A DNA stretch of 55,906 bases from a virus (Duplodnaviria > Caudoviricetes), in IMG/VR virus record IMGVR_UViG_3300042395_000266, positions 1 through 55,906 of that record; one strand, given 5' to 3'. The position numbers were made by a program, and so were the translations under genes. How positions within the stretch are numbered: position 1 is the stretch's first letter; each line of letters starts with the position of its first letter. The notes beneath the pieces are model-generated. The model made no database searches, was not told the origin of the DNA, and saw nothing but the letters and a program-made list of their open reading frames with translations. Shown here piece after piece: positions 46,295 to 55,474 of this stretch.

Positions 46295-46764
46295 AGCCCC
46301 GCTACATCGTGGCCGCCATGCTGCTGTTCTTCGCCTGGAAGGGCGCCGTGCTGGAGATGGAGTGGCCGCCCTCGCCGGTCAAGGTTCTCGCGCCCGCCCC
46401 GCCGCCGGAGTCGCTCAAGTGGGCCGCAAGCCTGCGACCCATCGCGAGCAAGATGACGCCCCGCGACCGGGCCTATCTCGCGAACTTCTACGAGGCCATC
46501 GCCTTCGTGCTTTTGCGCGACGGCGACCGGCCGACTCCGATCATCACCGACACGAACAAGTTTGAAGCGTTCCACGCCGGCAGCCTCGACCTCGCCATCG
46601 ACCGTAAGGACGTGGGGAAGTACGACGGCCTGGGGCCGGCGATTGACGAGGTGTTCGTGGCCGCGAACGGCGCCGACATCAAGACGCTCGACGCCGACGC
46701 TCGCGGAAAGATGGTCGCGGCCTGCGGTGTCCTCTCATGGACGTTCACGATTCATGGCGAGTGA
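46291..46764 (+). CDS. Exported or membrane-anchored protein
   Basis: GTGA overlap; YIVAAMLLFFAW signal/anchor. Confidence 0.6.
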   Translation: MKPRYIVAAMLLFFAWKGAVLEMEWPPSPVKVLAPAPPPESLKWAASLRPIASKMTPRDRAYLANFYEAIAFVLLRDGDRPTPIITDTNKFEAFHAGSLDLAIDRKDVGKYDGLGPAIDEVFVAANGADIKTLDADARGKMVAACGVLSWTFTIHGE

Positions 46765-47755
46765 CTTTGATCCGCGTTCGGCTTACGGCGCCGGCCTTGT
46801 CGGCTGCCGAAAGAATCCTCGCTCCGACGAGATTTTTGCCGACTACATCATTCGCGGCGGCGGCAACCCCGTTGGCGAAGACGTGGCCCATGAGTGGGAG
46901 TTCGCCGGGGCCGGGGCCGGGAAACTGACGCTCCTGTTCCCTGCGGTGATGAAGGTGTTCCCCGACTGCTGGCCTGGGCCAGCGCAACTCACTGGCGACT
47001 GCGTATCGAAGGCAAGCGCGAACTGCCTTCTCACGTCGCTGGGCATGGAGATCGCGAACGGCCTTCCCGACGAGGTATCGGGCCACGTCGAGGTGGCCCC
47101 CGACCTTCCGCCGGAGGGCGTCCGCAACTCCGTCATCGCCAGCGAGAGCCTGTGGGCGTGGCGCGGGTATGACGGCGACGGGTGGGTGTGCAGCGAGGCC
47201 GCCAAGGTCGCCTGCGAGAAGGGCTTCCTGCTTCGCAAGCCCTACCCTGACCTCAAGATCGACCTCACCAACTACACCACCGCCACGCTGCGGCTGGGCG
47301 GCTCCCGCGCCCCCGGCGCCGAGTGGCTCGCGGAGTCGAAGCAGCACGTCGCTCGCACCGCCACGTTCCTGAAGGGCCGCGAGCAAGTCCGCGACTTCCT
47401 GGCCGCCGGCTTCGGCGTGTTCAATTGCTCCGGCCTTGGGTTCTCAAGCACCCGCAACGAGGACGGCGTGGCCGACCAGAACGCCCGTTGGGCGCACGCG
47501 GAATCCTGGCTGGGCTACGACGACCGGCCCGACACCGTGAAGAAGTACGGGCAGGCGCTCGTGCTCTGGAACAACTCGTGGAGCAAGTGGAATCGCGGCC
47601 CTCGTCGCGTCCGCGGAACGGACATCGACATTCCAGATGGTTCGTTTTGGGCGTTGGCCGACACGATTGACCGCTGCTCGTGCATCGCGCTGTCGAGCGT
47701 TGCCGGCTGGCCTCGCCGGAAGCACACCACGTTTGGCGCTACGGGGCACATCTGA
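46754..47755 (+). CDS. Papain-like (C1) cysteine peptidase, candidate lysin
   Basis: Q..GDCVS, WAHA and NSW catalytic pattern. Confidence 0.7.
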   Translation: MASDFDPRSAYGAGLVGCRKNPRSDEIFADYIIRGGGNPVGEDVAHEWEFAGAGAGKLTLLFPAVMKVFPDCWPGPAQLTGDCVSKASANCLLTSLGMEIANGLPDEVSGHVEVAPDLPPEGVRNSVIASESLWAWRGYDGDGWVCSEAAKVACEKGFLLRKPYPDLKIDLTNYTTATLRLGGSRAPGAEWLAESKQHVARTATFLKGREQVRDFLAAGFGVFNCSGLGFSSTRNEDGVADQNARWAHAESWLGYDDRPDTVKKYGQALVLWNNSWSKWNRGPRRVRGTDIDIPDGSFWALADTIDRCSCIALSSVAGWPRRKHTTFGATGHI

Positions 47756-48099
47756 TGCGACTCGCAATACTCGACGCGCTGGCGTGCTGCGGCGTGCTGG
47801 CCGTCATTTCCCTACCGCTGGCCTGCTCGCCGGCGCCCACCGTCGATGACATTCAGGCGTTCGTGGCGCCGACGGGGCTGTATTCGATCATGGCCGCGCC
47901 GGCCCCCGCGCCGCCGGCCCCGGCTCCGAAGCCTGGGGACACATGCCCAACGTGCCGCGGCGCCGGAGTCGTTGGTGACGGAGTCGTGCGCATGACCTGT
48001 CAGGATTGCGGCGGAACGGGGAAGGTGCCCAAGAGCGTGCTCGTGGCGCCAACATGCAAGGACGGCAGATGCCAGAACAAGTCAGGTACGGCTCGCTAA
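47755..48099 (+). CDS. Putative lipoprotein with two CxxCxGxG repeats
   Basis: LPLAC lipobox-like; CPTCRGAG, CQDCGGTG. Confidence 0.6.
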   Translation: MRLAILDALACCGVLAVISLPLACSPAPTVDDIQAFVAPTGLYSIMAAPAPAPPAPAPKPGDTCPTCRGAGVVGDGVVRMTCQDCGGTGKVPKSVLVAPTCKDGRCQNKSGTAR

Positions 48100-48431
48100 A
48101 GGAGTTCGTCGCGAAGCGCGGCGGCCTCCGGCTCGCGATCCACGGCGGCCTACGCGACCAACTGGTCGAGATGGCGGTCGAGGACTATCCGCTCGACGCG
48201 CCCCCTGACCGCATGGAGGAGGTGCTGGCGGCACGGCTGCGGCTGCGCTGCCGCAAGAAATACGGCACCGTTGTCGCGATGCTGCTGATCTCCATCCTCG
48301 CCAACTTGGTCGCAAGGGCTGTGTGGGAGTGGTGGAAGAACCGTCACGTTCATCGCGTCCTTATGACAGGCTGGCAATATGCCGCGAAAAATCCCGACCT
48401 TCCGCCCGAAGTGGCTGGCCCGCCCGCGTGA
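48069..48431 (+). CDS. Membrane protein
   Basis: VVAMLLISILANLVA TM segment. Confidence 0.55.
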   Translation: MPEQVRYGSLKEFVAKRGGLRLAIHGGLRDQLVEMAVEDYPLDAPPDRMEEVLAARLRLRCRKKYGTVVAMLLISILANLVARAVWEWWKNRHVHRVLMTGWQYAAKNPDLPPEVAGPPA

Positions 48432-48681
48432 GGCACGCCCGTCCTCGACGGCCCGCGGGTACGGGTCTGCCGCGTGGCAGCGCACGAGGCTCGCGGTCAT
48501 TGCGCGGGACGGAGGTCAGTGCCAACTCTGCGGAATGATCGTCCGCGAGAAGGCGCAGATCGACCACATTCACGAGAAGGCTGCCGGCGGCAGCGACTCG
48601 CTGTCTAATTTGCGCCTGCTGTGCCTGCCTTGCCACTCGCGGCGGCACGCATCGTCGCCGCGGCCGCGATTCAACGAATAG
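48379..48681 (+). CDS. HNH endonuclease (HK97 gp74-like)
   Basis: STARGYG..W, RDGGQCQLC, DHI, NLRLLC.PCH. Confidence 0.9.
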   Translation: MPRKIPTFRPKWLARPREARPSSTARGYGSAAWQRTRLAVIARDGGQCQLCGMIVREKAQIDHIHEKAAGGSDSLSNLRLLCLPCHSRRHASSPRPRFNE

Positions 48682-48792
48682 CCTGGAGCAGCGTGTCGAT
48701 CAGCCCGTGAATCGACCGGGCCAGCGGGCTGTCGGTGCCTAGTTCCTGACCCAGCCGCACGAGCAGCAGGCCGCGAACGAGTTCGTTCCACG

Positions 48793-49089
48793 TCACTGCG
48801 GCACCGCCTTCCCGACTTGCAATTGTGCGGCCTTGCGGCTGCACTCGTCAATTTTTTGCTGTATCGTGCTCACGAATCCGCCCAGCATTGCCGCGCATGC
48901 CTGCCATCCCTCGGCCTCGCACTCGCAGACTCGCTCAAACGGATAGACAGCCCTGACTATGCCTCCGGTTTCCACGATCCGGTGCTGCGCCGAAATGACC
49001 GTTCCGCGATGGACAAACGCCTTCGCCGTGCCATCGGGCTCCGCGACCGCGAAGGCCAGCCACACCTTGTCTCCATCATGCAGTTCCAT
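48793..49089 (-). CDS. Hypothetical protein
   Basis: SD AAGGAGG. Confidence 0.65.
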   Translation of the reverse strand: MELHDGDKVWLAFAVAEPDGTAKAFVHRGTVISAQHRIVETGGIVRAVYPFERVCECEAEGWQACAAMLGGFVSTIQQKIDECSRKAAQLQVGKAVPQ

Positions 49090-49133
49090 TGCCCCCTCCT
49101 TGTTTCTTGCTGGGTAGTTTATCGACCAGTAGC

Positions 49134-49328
49134 CTACTCGTCCTCGCGTTTTTTCCGCTTCTTCTTGCGAACGTACTTCTCCGCTTCGCGGCGGGCGTTC
49201 AGTTCATCGATGGCAGCCTGGGCCACGCGGTGCATGGCCGCCTGGGCGTCCCCCCTCGTGCATATCCCCTGCTCTATCAGCATGGTCAGCCAGCCGGCCT
49301 CGTAGGGGGAGAGTCGGTTCGTTCTCAC
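49134..49328 (-). CDS. Hypothetical protein
   Basis: GTGA overlap; basic C-terminus. Confidence 0.55.
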   Translation of the reverse strand: MRTNRLSPYEAGWLTMLIEQGICTRGDAQAAMHRVAQAAIDELNARREAEKYVRKKKRKKREDE

Positions 49329-49627
49329 GTTCGGGTGCTCCTGGGTTTGGTTTTCTTGACCGCCTTCTTCGCCGCCGCCTTGGCCTTGCCGCCGCGGCTC
49401 CCCCACTCCTTCACCTTACTCTGGTGGGCCTCGCTGTAGTACGGATAGTAGTGCTCTTTGAGCACCGCCAGCGCCGACTTCTTGACGAGCGTCCGGTCAA
49501 GAAACCGGATGCAGACCTTGTCCCTGCCGGCCCGGCTGATCGCCCGCCAGATTCCTCGCTGGCTGGCGCCGAGAGCCTCGCGGGCCTCGGCCACCGTCAT
49601 GTAATCGCCCAGGTTGATTTTCTCCAT
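49325..49627 (-). CDS. HTH-like basic protein
   Basis: YMTVAEAREALG; Lys-rich tail. Confidence 0.65.
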   Translation of the reverse strand: MEKINLGDYMTVAEAREALGASQRGIWRAISRAGRDKVCIRFLDRTLVKKSALAVLKEHYYPYYSEAHQSKVKEWGSRGGKAKAAAKKAVKKTKPRSTRT

Positions 49628-49630
49628 GAT

Positions 49631-50020
49631 CTAGTTCTCCTCGCCTTCACCGATCCAAATGTTCGCCACGTCCACGCTGATCCGCAGGGCATCCTGCGGT
49701 GAATCTTCGGGCTGGAGCGTCAGGACGATCCTCCCGACCTCCACATCGGCCTCGTAGCCGATGCCGATGGTCTTGCCGGCCCAAGCCCGCTCGACAGCAT
49801 CCAGACCCTTCGACACCCGCATGACCATCGCCTCGGAGGTCTTCCGCTTCCGGCCGTGGGTTTCCACGATCCGAGTGTGGACGCCGGCCGTCAGGAGTTC
49901 CTCCTGCCGCACCTTTGCCGCGTCGTGGTCGAATCGCTCCGCGTCATCCAGGCTCTCGCTCCACATGCCGTCGGCGCACCGATAGTTCTCGCCGGCAACG
50001 TCTGACAGGACGTATTTCAT
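49631..50020 (-). CDS. Hypothetical early protein
   Basis: SD GAGGAG plus start-associated motif. Confidence 0.65.
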   Translation of the reverse strand: MKYVLSDVAGENYRCADGMWSESLDDAERFDHDAAKVRQEELLTAGVHTRIVETHGRKRKTSEAMVMRVSKGLDAVERAWAGKTIGIGYEADVEVGRIVLTLQPEDSPQDALRISVDVANIWIGEGEEN

Positions 50021-50092
50021 CGCGTCTCTCCTCGTTCCGCCGCACGGGGTTTCTACGCTCGGGGGCTGCGGCGGCCCGCCGGGGCGTGTGTG

Positions 50093-50722
50093 TCAGGAAA
50101 TCGCGTTGGCGTAAAGGCTGATCGTGTTCTCGACCGGGTAGCCCAGGATGAGGCCCGTCACCCAGGCCGGGCACTCTGGAATGTCCCAGTTGCCTCCCAG
50201 GAACGACTTGAGTTTCCGTCGCGAATAGATGGCGAACTCTTTGCACAGCCCGTCCACGTCCGCGTCACCAAAGGCGCCGCTTTCGATGTAGTCGCTCACG
50301 AGGTCGCCCAGGTCGCCAATCTCACCCACGCGAATGTCGTGGCAGGCTTCCACGAACTGCTGGCCTGACCGCCACCCTCGCAGCGTCCGCACCACGAGGC
50401 CGGCGGCCTTGAGCCGCGTCACGCACTCCTTCGCCGCGGTCGCGTCCTCGTCCCAAAACACCATGACGCCCAGCGGCTTGCGGCCCGCGATCAACTGCTT
50501 TTCGATCTGCCGGTTGATATCGTCGCCCGTGGCACCGTCCATGAACCATCCGCCGCAGAGGTTCTGGTTCGCGTCGTTGACCATCCTCGACTTGAACCGG
50601 ATTCGCAGCGGCTGCCGGCGGTACGTCACCATGCGATGCCCGCGGTTCCAGATCGTTTTCGTCCTGTGCGTCTTGCCGGCCGTGACGATCACGCCGTGCT
50701 TTTTCTTCGTCGCCGTCTTCAT
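50093..50722 (-). CDS. Hypothetical early protein
   Basis: SD; GRKP and GLILGYP motifs. Confidence 0.65.
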   Translation of the reverse strand: MKTATKKKHGVIVTAGKTHRTKTIWNRGHRMVTYRRQPLRIRFKSRMVNDANQNLCGGWFMDGATGDDINRQIEKQLIAGRKPLGVMVFWDEDATAAKECVTRLKAAGLVVRTLRGWRSGQQFVEACHDIRVGEIGDLGDLVSDYIESGAFGDADVDGLCKEFAIYSRRKLKSFLGGNWDIPECPAWVTGLILGYPVENTISLYANAIS

Positions 50723-50791
50723 CGTTCTCTCCTCTGGTTTCGCCGGCCGGGGCCGGCGGGGTAATCGGTCGCTAATTGTCTCGTTGCTGCG

Positions 50792-51028
50792 TCATCCGTT
50801 GATGGTCGCCCACTGCTCGACTGCCTGCCAAGTCTCCTCGGGGATCGTCGGCCGCGTGCGCTCGTTTGCCATGAGTCGCACATGCTCGGCCGCCTCAAAC
50901 ATTGCCAGCCTGACGGTCTGATGATTGCCGATCAGTTTCCCGTCCACGCCAACGGAGATGTAGCCGCTGGTCGGGATCAGTTTGAACTCGACCGTGTGAT
51001 CCAGCACCGTGCATTTGCTGTATGTCAT
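50792..51028 (-). CDS. Hypothetical early protein
   Basis: SD plus motif. Confidence 0.6.
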   Translation of the reverse strand: MTYSKCTVLDHTVEFKLIPTSGYISVGVDGKLIGNHQTVRLAMFEAAEHVRLMANERTRPTIPEETWQAVEQWATING

Positions 51029-51130
51029 CGTTCTCTCCTCGTCTCTAGGTTTCCACGTTCCAGGCCGCCGCGGTGGCGGCCCGCTCCATGCCCCCGCGCG
51101 TTTCCGCGTTCGGGGGTCAGGGGCGGGCCG

Positions 51131-51370
51131 TCATCGCCTGCCGTACCACGCCTCGTCGGTCACGGGGTCGTTCGTGATGCACCGGCAGGCGGCGTCCCGA
51201 AGGCCGGCGGCCCGCTGCCGCATGTCCGCGGCCCCCGCGTCGTCGCCGCCGATCCACCGCGACCCGTTCAGGTCGGAGAGGTAGTGAACGCACCTCCCCA
51301 GCATCGCGAGCAACCGCTGCTCGCGGTCGGTCAGGCTCGCCGCCGCGTCGTTGTCCATCAGATTGACCAT
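51131..51370 (-). CDS. Hypothetical early protein
   Basis: SD plus motif. Confidence 0.6.
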   Translation of the reverse strand: MVNLMDNDAAASLTDREQRLLAMLGRCVHYLSDLNGSRWIGGDDAGAADMRQRAAGLRDAACRCITNDPVTDEAWYGRR

Positions 51371-51460
51371 CGTTCTCTCCTCGTGCTTAGGTTCCCCCGT
51401 TCGGGGGTCTGGTGAATCATCCTCTAATCGCACCGCCGCGGCAACGAGCCGCGGGCGGCA

Positions 51461-51793
51461 TCACTTCTTCCTTCGCCGCTCGAAAGCCTCGGCCGCTGCG
51501 GCCTCCTTGTGGGCGTAGTCCACGATGAACCCCTCCAGGGCCGCCTGCGCCTCGTCCACGATCATCGCCGGAGTCGAGAACTGGGAGACAGTCCCCTCGG
51601 CCTGCGCCTCGCCGTCGTGGACGCGCCGCTCGCACTCGATGTATGCGAGAACGTCCGCGATCAGATCGGCCGCCGCCTCGCAGATTCCGTCATAGGCCGG
51701 CATCTTAACCATGTAGTAGTCGAGGATCAGTTCGCCGCGGTTGGCCGCGGGGCCGATGCCGTCGCCGGTCGGGTATTCGCTGGGCTGTCTCAT
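51461..51793 (-). CDS. Hypothetical early protein
   Basis: SD plus motif; DLIADVL. Confidence 0.6.
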   Translation of the reverse strand: MRQPSEYPTGDGIGPAANRGELILDYYMVKMPAYDGICEAAADLIADVLAYIECERRVHDGEAQAEGTVSQFSTPAMIVDEAQAALEGFIVDYAHKEAAAAEAFERRRKK

Positions 51794-51824
51794 CGTCGCG
51801 TTTCTCCGTTCTGGGTTGTTGGGA

Positions 51825-52172
51825 TCACTGGCAGTTGGCACAGAACCGCTCACCGTGGCGGCTCACTAGGGCAATCGGCTCCGCGTGGCCGCACCCGTCG
51901 CACGGGCGGAAGCAGTCTCCAAAGCACTCCACGAACGACACGATCTCATCGTTCGCCAGCCCCTCGGCCACGAGCCGCCGGGCCGACTCCATCGTGATGC
52001 AATCCTGCGTGCAGACCATGCCGTTGACGGCGGTGTAGTCATGCTCGCAGTAGCCGATCCAATCCAGTTGACGCCCGCACTCCACGTCATCCAAGCAGTC
52101 AAGAGTCTCGGCCGTCACCGGACAGCGGCCGGCTTCCGCGCACTCTTCGTAAAATCGCTTCACGGCTCCCAT
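51825..52172 (-). CDS. Cys-rich zinc-binding early protein
   Basis: CDGC and CANC; SD plus motif. Confidence 0.6.
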   Translation of the reverse strand: MGAVKRFYEECAEAGRCPVTAETLDCLDDVECGRQLDWIGYCEHDYTAVNGMVCTQDCITMESARRLVAEGLANDEIVSFVECFGDCFRPCDGCGHAEPIALVSRHGERFCANCQ

Positions 52173-52253
52173 GATCTCGTCTCCTCGTTCGGGGTTCTCT
52201 CGTTTCCACGTTCGGGGCTACGCTGCCCCTGCCTGTATCTCGTTCAGTAGCCA

Positions 52254-52282
52254 ACTCTAAGCATCGGCACGGCGAGGGTCAA
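52254..52282 (-). promoter_or_regulatory. Early promoter 2
   Basis: TTGACC-17 nt-TAGAGT; spacer shares GTGCCGAT with the promoter at 55273-55301. Confidence 0.6.
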
Positions 52283-52592
52283 GCCTTTTGTTTTTCCTCC
52301 CGCCGCCAGCCCTTTTCACCCGGTACGGACGGGCCACGAGGCCCGGCACCCGCGACCGCCGCCGGCCGGCAACGTGCAGGGCGGCGTACCCGTCCCGCCC
52401 GTAGGCCAGGAGCGTGACGCGGCCCCGCCGCTGCTCGACCGCCAGGAGGACGAACGTGCCGCGGGCGGCCATGCTCACCTTCGTGCCGTCGGCCAGCCGG
52501 TAGTACGGGCCGGCGGCCACCTTGAAGCGGTCGCCGGGCCGCAGCACGACCCGCGGGGATACTCGGTATTCCGTTGTCACGGTCGGGGTCAT
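52257..52592 (-). CDS. Hypothetical basic protein
   Basis: ATGA overlap. Confidence 0.55.
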   Translation of the reverse strand: MTPTVTTEYRVSPRVVLRPGDRFKVAAGPYYRLADGTKVSMAARGTFVLLAVEQRRGRVTLLAYGRDGYAALHVAGRRRSRVPGLVARPYRVKRAGGGRKNKRLDPRRADA

Positions 52593-52972
52593 CGGGCAGC
52601 CCTCCGCATGGCCGCCAGCCGCCGCGAGTCGTGCCCCTTCGGCGGCACCCAGGCTCCGCGTTTCCGCTCGCACCAGCGCAGGTAGGTTTCGACACACCGG
52701 GCTGCCAGCCGCGCCATGCCATCCGTCCATTCGACGGCGTTGGCCTCGGCCCATCGCCATGCCTGCGCCTCCTTGTCCAGCCGCCGGCCGCGCTGCGGGC
52801 CGACAACATGGCCGATTTCGTGGAGGGCCACAGCGTAGGTGCTGGCGCCCCTCACCCGCTCCAGCCGCACCCGTCTGCTTCGCCTCCACGACCGTGCGGC
52901 GGTGCGATCCCGCCAATCGACGGCGATGCCATGCTGGGCGACGAGCGCCTCTATATGCTCCGCGTATGTCAT
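52589..52972 (-). CDS. HExxH metallopeptidase-like (ImmA/IrrE-like) protein
   Basis: ALHEIGH...E..AW.WA. Confidence 0.6.
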   Translation of the reverse strand: MTYAEHIEALVAQHGIAVDWRDRTAARSWRRSRRVRLERVRGASTYAVALHEIGHVVGPQRGRRLDKEAQAWRWAEANAVEWTDGMARLAARCVETYLRWCERKRGAWVPPKGHDSRRLAAMRRAAR

Positions 52973-53084
52973 CGTTTCCACCCTCGGGGTTCTCGTTCTC
53001 ACGAGCGGGGTCACCCGCTCGCACGCCTCTATTGTCCCACGCTCGTCAACATACGAAATACAGTCGGCGCCGCCTGCGCCAACC

Positions 53085-53366
53085 CTACAGGTTGTGGTGA
53101 ACGGGTGTTCTTTTCTGCTGCCGCAAAAACTCCGCGGCCGCCTCAATCGCCTCGTCACGAGCCTGCGCCGCCGCCTCGTATCGGTCGTGCGGGATCATGC
53201 CCAGGCTCACGAGGTCGTTCGCCTCCATCGCGGCGGCATCGGCCTCCACGATGCGGGAGAGCAGCACCGCGGCGGTCGTTGGCACGGTCGGGGGCACAGT
53301 CCAGCCGGCCGCCGTTACCAGGGCGAACGCGGCAATCGTCGGGCGGGGGTCAGTTGCAAGGTTCAT
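53085..53366 (-). CDS. Hypothetical early protein
   Basis: SD GGAGG within the motif. Confidence 0.55.
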   Translation of the reverse strand: MNLATDPRPTIAAFALVTAAGWTVPPTVPTTAAVLLSRIVEADAAAMEANDLVSLGMIPHDRYEAAAQARDEAIEAAAEFLRQQKRTPVHHNL

Positions 53367-53470
53367 CGGATCGTTCCTCCGGTCGGGGGTTCTCGTTCTC
53401 ACGGTCGGGGCCACGACGGCCGCCGGCTCGACCCCGCCCGCGGGCGACGGGGCCGTGCCGGGTGCCGGCA

Positions 53471-53884
53471 TCACTCCCAGGCCCGCACCGTGACCTTCTC
53501 GGGCACGTTGCCATGCTCTCCCCAAGCCTCTCGGGCATCGTACTCTGCCGCCTCGGGACTGTCGGCGCGGGAGTAGTGGTCAAGAACGATCTCGTCAAAG
53601 TCCCCTGCCATCGCGTTCCACTGCGCGATGGTCGCCTCGCAGTACCAGACGCGGGTCGCAGCGGGGGGCACGGCGCCGCGGGCAATCCGCAGCAGCGCGT
53701 CGGCGTAGCACGTCGAGCCGGGCATCGTGCGCCACAGCGCGCGAATGCTGGCGTCTTCCTCTCGCGTGATCCCGTCGGGGTCGATGCTGTGGGCATCGGT
53801 ATCGCGGCGGCGGAACGCCATCGGCAGGCTGCCCAGGCGGCAGCGGGAGTAGACGTATTGGGCACGTTCGGGGGTCATGGTCAT
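53471..53884 (-). CDS. Hypothetical early protein
   Basis: SD GAGGAG. Confidence 0.6.
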   Translation of the reverse strand: MTMTPERAQYVYSRCRLGSLPMAFRRRDTDAHSIDPDGITREEDASIRALWRTMPGSTCYADALLRIARGAVPPAATRVWYCEATIAQWNAMAGDFDEIVLDHYSRADSPEAAEYDAREAWGEHGNVPEKVTVRAWE

Positions 53885-53953
53885 GCTCTCCTCGGGTTTC
53901 CACGCTCCAGGGCCGCCGGCAACGCGCCGGCGGCCCGTATCGTCATCGGTAGC

Positions 53954-54826
53954 CTATTCGGGCATCCGGCCCAGGCCGCAGGCCACGCGGACCGCCTCGG
54001 CCACCGCCCGCGGCGACGGCAGCGCCTCGTGCCCCATCACCTCGCGGTACACCTCGCGGTTGTTCGCGTGAATCTGCGCCACGGCCAGCCATAGGCCGCG
54101 CCGCATCCGCACGGGCAGCCGCCGCGTGCCGAACCGGCCCAGGCGGCGGCGGATGCCGCGGGCCGCCTCCAGAAGGCTTGTGGAGACGTGGATGCTGCCC
54201 AGGCGGTTGCGCAGGGCGGCGAGGTTGTCACCTACAGGCATCTCCACGAGGCGGTCGCGGTTGACGTGGCCGATCATGCGGTGGCCGGGCACGCCGACGG
54301 GCCGGATCGCCGGGCCGCCGAAGCCGCCCTCCCGCCCGGCGCGAGCGATATCGGCCCAGGTCGTGTAGGTTGGCATGGACGGGGCATGCGCGAGCGCCCG
54401 CAGGATTGCCGCGCGGGCATCCTCGCGGGCACCCTCGCCGGGCAGGCGAGCCATCCACGCGGCGGCATGATCCCGCAGCCCCTCGGCCGTCCAGGGCGGC
54501 GTGAACTCCTGCGCGGCCCGATGGTAAACCTCCAGCGCCGCCTCGGCCGCTGCCTGCTGCTGCCGGGCCGCGCGGGCCTGCTTCCGCCGGGCCTCGGCCA
54601 CCGCCGTGCGACTCTCGGGCACCGCGGTGCCGGGCACGGGCCGCAGCCGGGCCGCGCCCGCGGTGATCTCCCGGCCCGTGTCGCCCGTGCGGCAGACGAA
54701 CACCGTCTTCGCGCGGTCGCTGCCCCAGGTGCGCTTCGTCTGCTGCCGCAGCACCGTGACGGGCGCCAGCCGGTCACCGACTCGCACGATGTAGTTGCCA
54801 CCGATTTCGATTTGATCTTGTCGCAT
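53954..54826 (-). CDS. Hypothetical early protein
   Basis: IEIGGNY.VRV...TGREI...ARLR N-terminal domain; SD within the motif. Confidence 0.65.
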   Translation of the reverse strand: MRQDQIEIGGNYIVRVGDRLAPVTVLRQQTKRTWGSDRAKTVFVCRTGDTGREITAGAARLRPVPGTAVPESRTAVAEARRKQARAARQQQAAAEAALEVYHRAAQEFTPPWTAEGLRDHAAAWMARLPGEGAREDARAAILRALAHAPSMPTYTTWADIARAGREGGFGGPAIRPVGVPGHRMIGHVNRDRLVEMPVGDNLAALRNRLGSIHVSTSLLEAARGIRRRLGRFGTRRLPVRMRRGLWLAVAQIHANNREVYREVMGHEALPSPRAVAEAVRVACGLGRMPE

Positions 54827-54900
54827 GATCTTGTTTCCTCGTTCGGGGTTGTCGTTTCCACGCTCCAGGCCACGCGGCCAGGAGTATCTCGTTCGGGAGC

Positions 54901-55218
54901 CTAATTGCCAACATCGGCCCGCATGGCCGCCGCGGTGCCGCCGCCGGAGCAGAATGCGAATCCGTCGGGATCGCGAGCCTGCGCGCAGACGAGCCAAGTG
55001 TCGTGGCCGTTCTCGCGAATCAGCGCACGGGCCTCCAGAATCCACCGCGCCGCCTGCGCCCGCTGCTGGCTGTGGCGCTCGTGCGGGGTCGTGGAGAGCC
55101 AGCGCCACTCCACCATGCCGTGATGCTTCACGACGTGTCGGCGCGTTTCCTGCAACCCTTCGGCATGCGCCATGCGGCGCTCGAATTCCTGCATCACGCT
55201 ATCGGGGATCGGGTTCAT
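54901..55218 (-). CDS. Hypothetical early protein
   Basis: First gene after the strong promoter. Confidence 0.6.
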   Translation of the reverse strand: MNPIPDSVMQEFERRMAHAEGLQETRRHVVKHHGMVEWRWLSTTPHERHSQQRAQAARWILEARALIRENGHDTWLVCAQARDPDGFAFCSGGGTAAAMRADVGN

Positions 55219-55272
55219 CGTCTCGTCTCTCCGTTCGGGGTTGTTACGGTCGGGGTTCAATCGCCACGGGTA

Positions 55273-55301
55273 AATCTAGGTATCGGCACTAGCAGTGTCA
55301 A
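55273..55301 (-). promoter_or_regulatory. Major early promoter
   Basis: TTGACA-17 nt-TAGATT. Confidence 0.7.
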
Positions 55302-55352
55302 GTCTACAAGGATTACGCCGGGGAATCGAGAATCTTGCGCGCGGGCGGAAAA

Positions 55353-55473
55353 TTTTCCACGGACGGGGGCTGCGGGTTTCCACGGTCGGGGCTGTCGTTT
55401 CCACGGTCGGGGTTCCCGCGCACGGGTGCCGCCGGTTTCCACGGACGGGGGCCGCTGGTTTCCACGGTCGGGG
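55353..55473. repeat. Five copies of the 16-bp motif GTTTCCACGG(T/A)CGGGG
   Basis: Starts at 55353, 55376, 55397, 55435 and 55458. Confidence 0.9.
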
Positions 55474-55474
55474 C

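Noticed and set aside
50049-55255. Early-region motif as attC sites
   Set aside because: They are direct, non-palindromic 16-mers without R/L box geometry.
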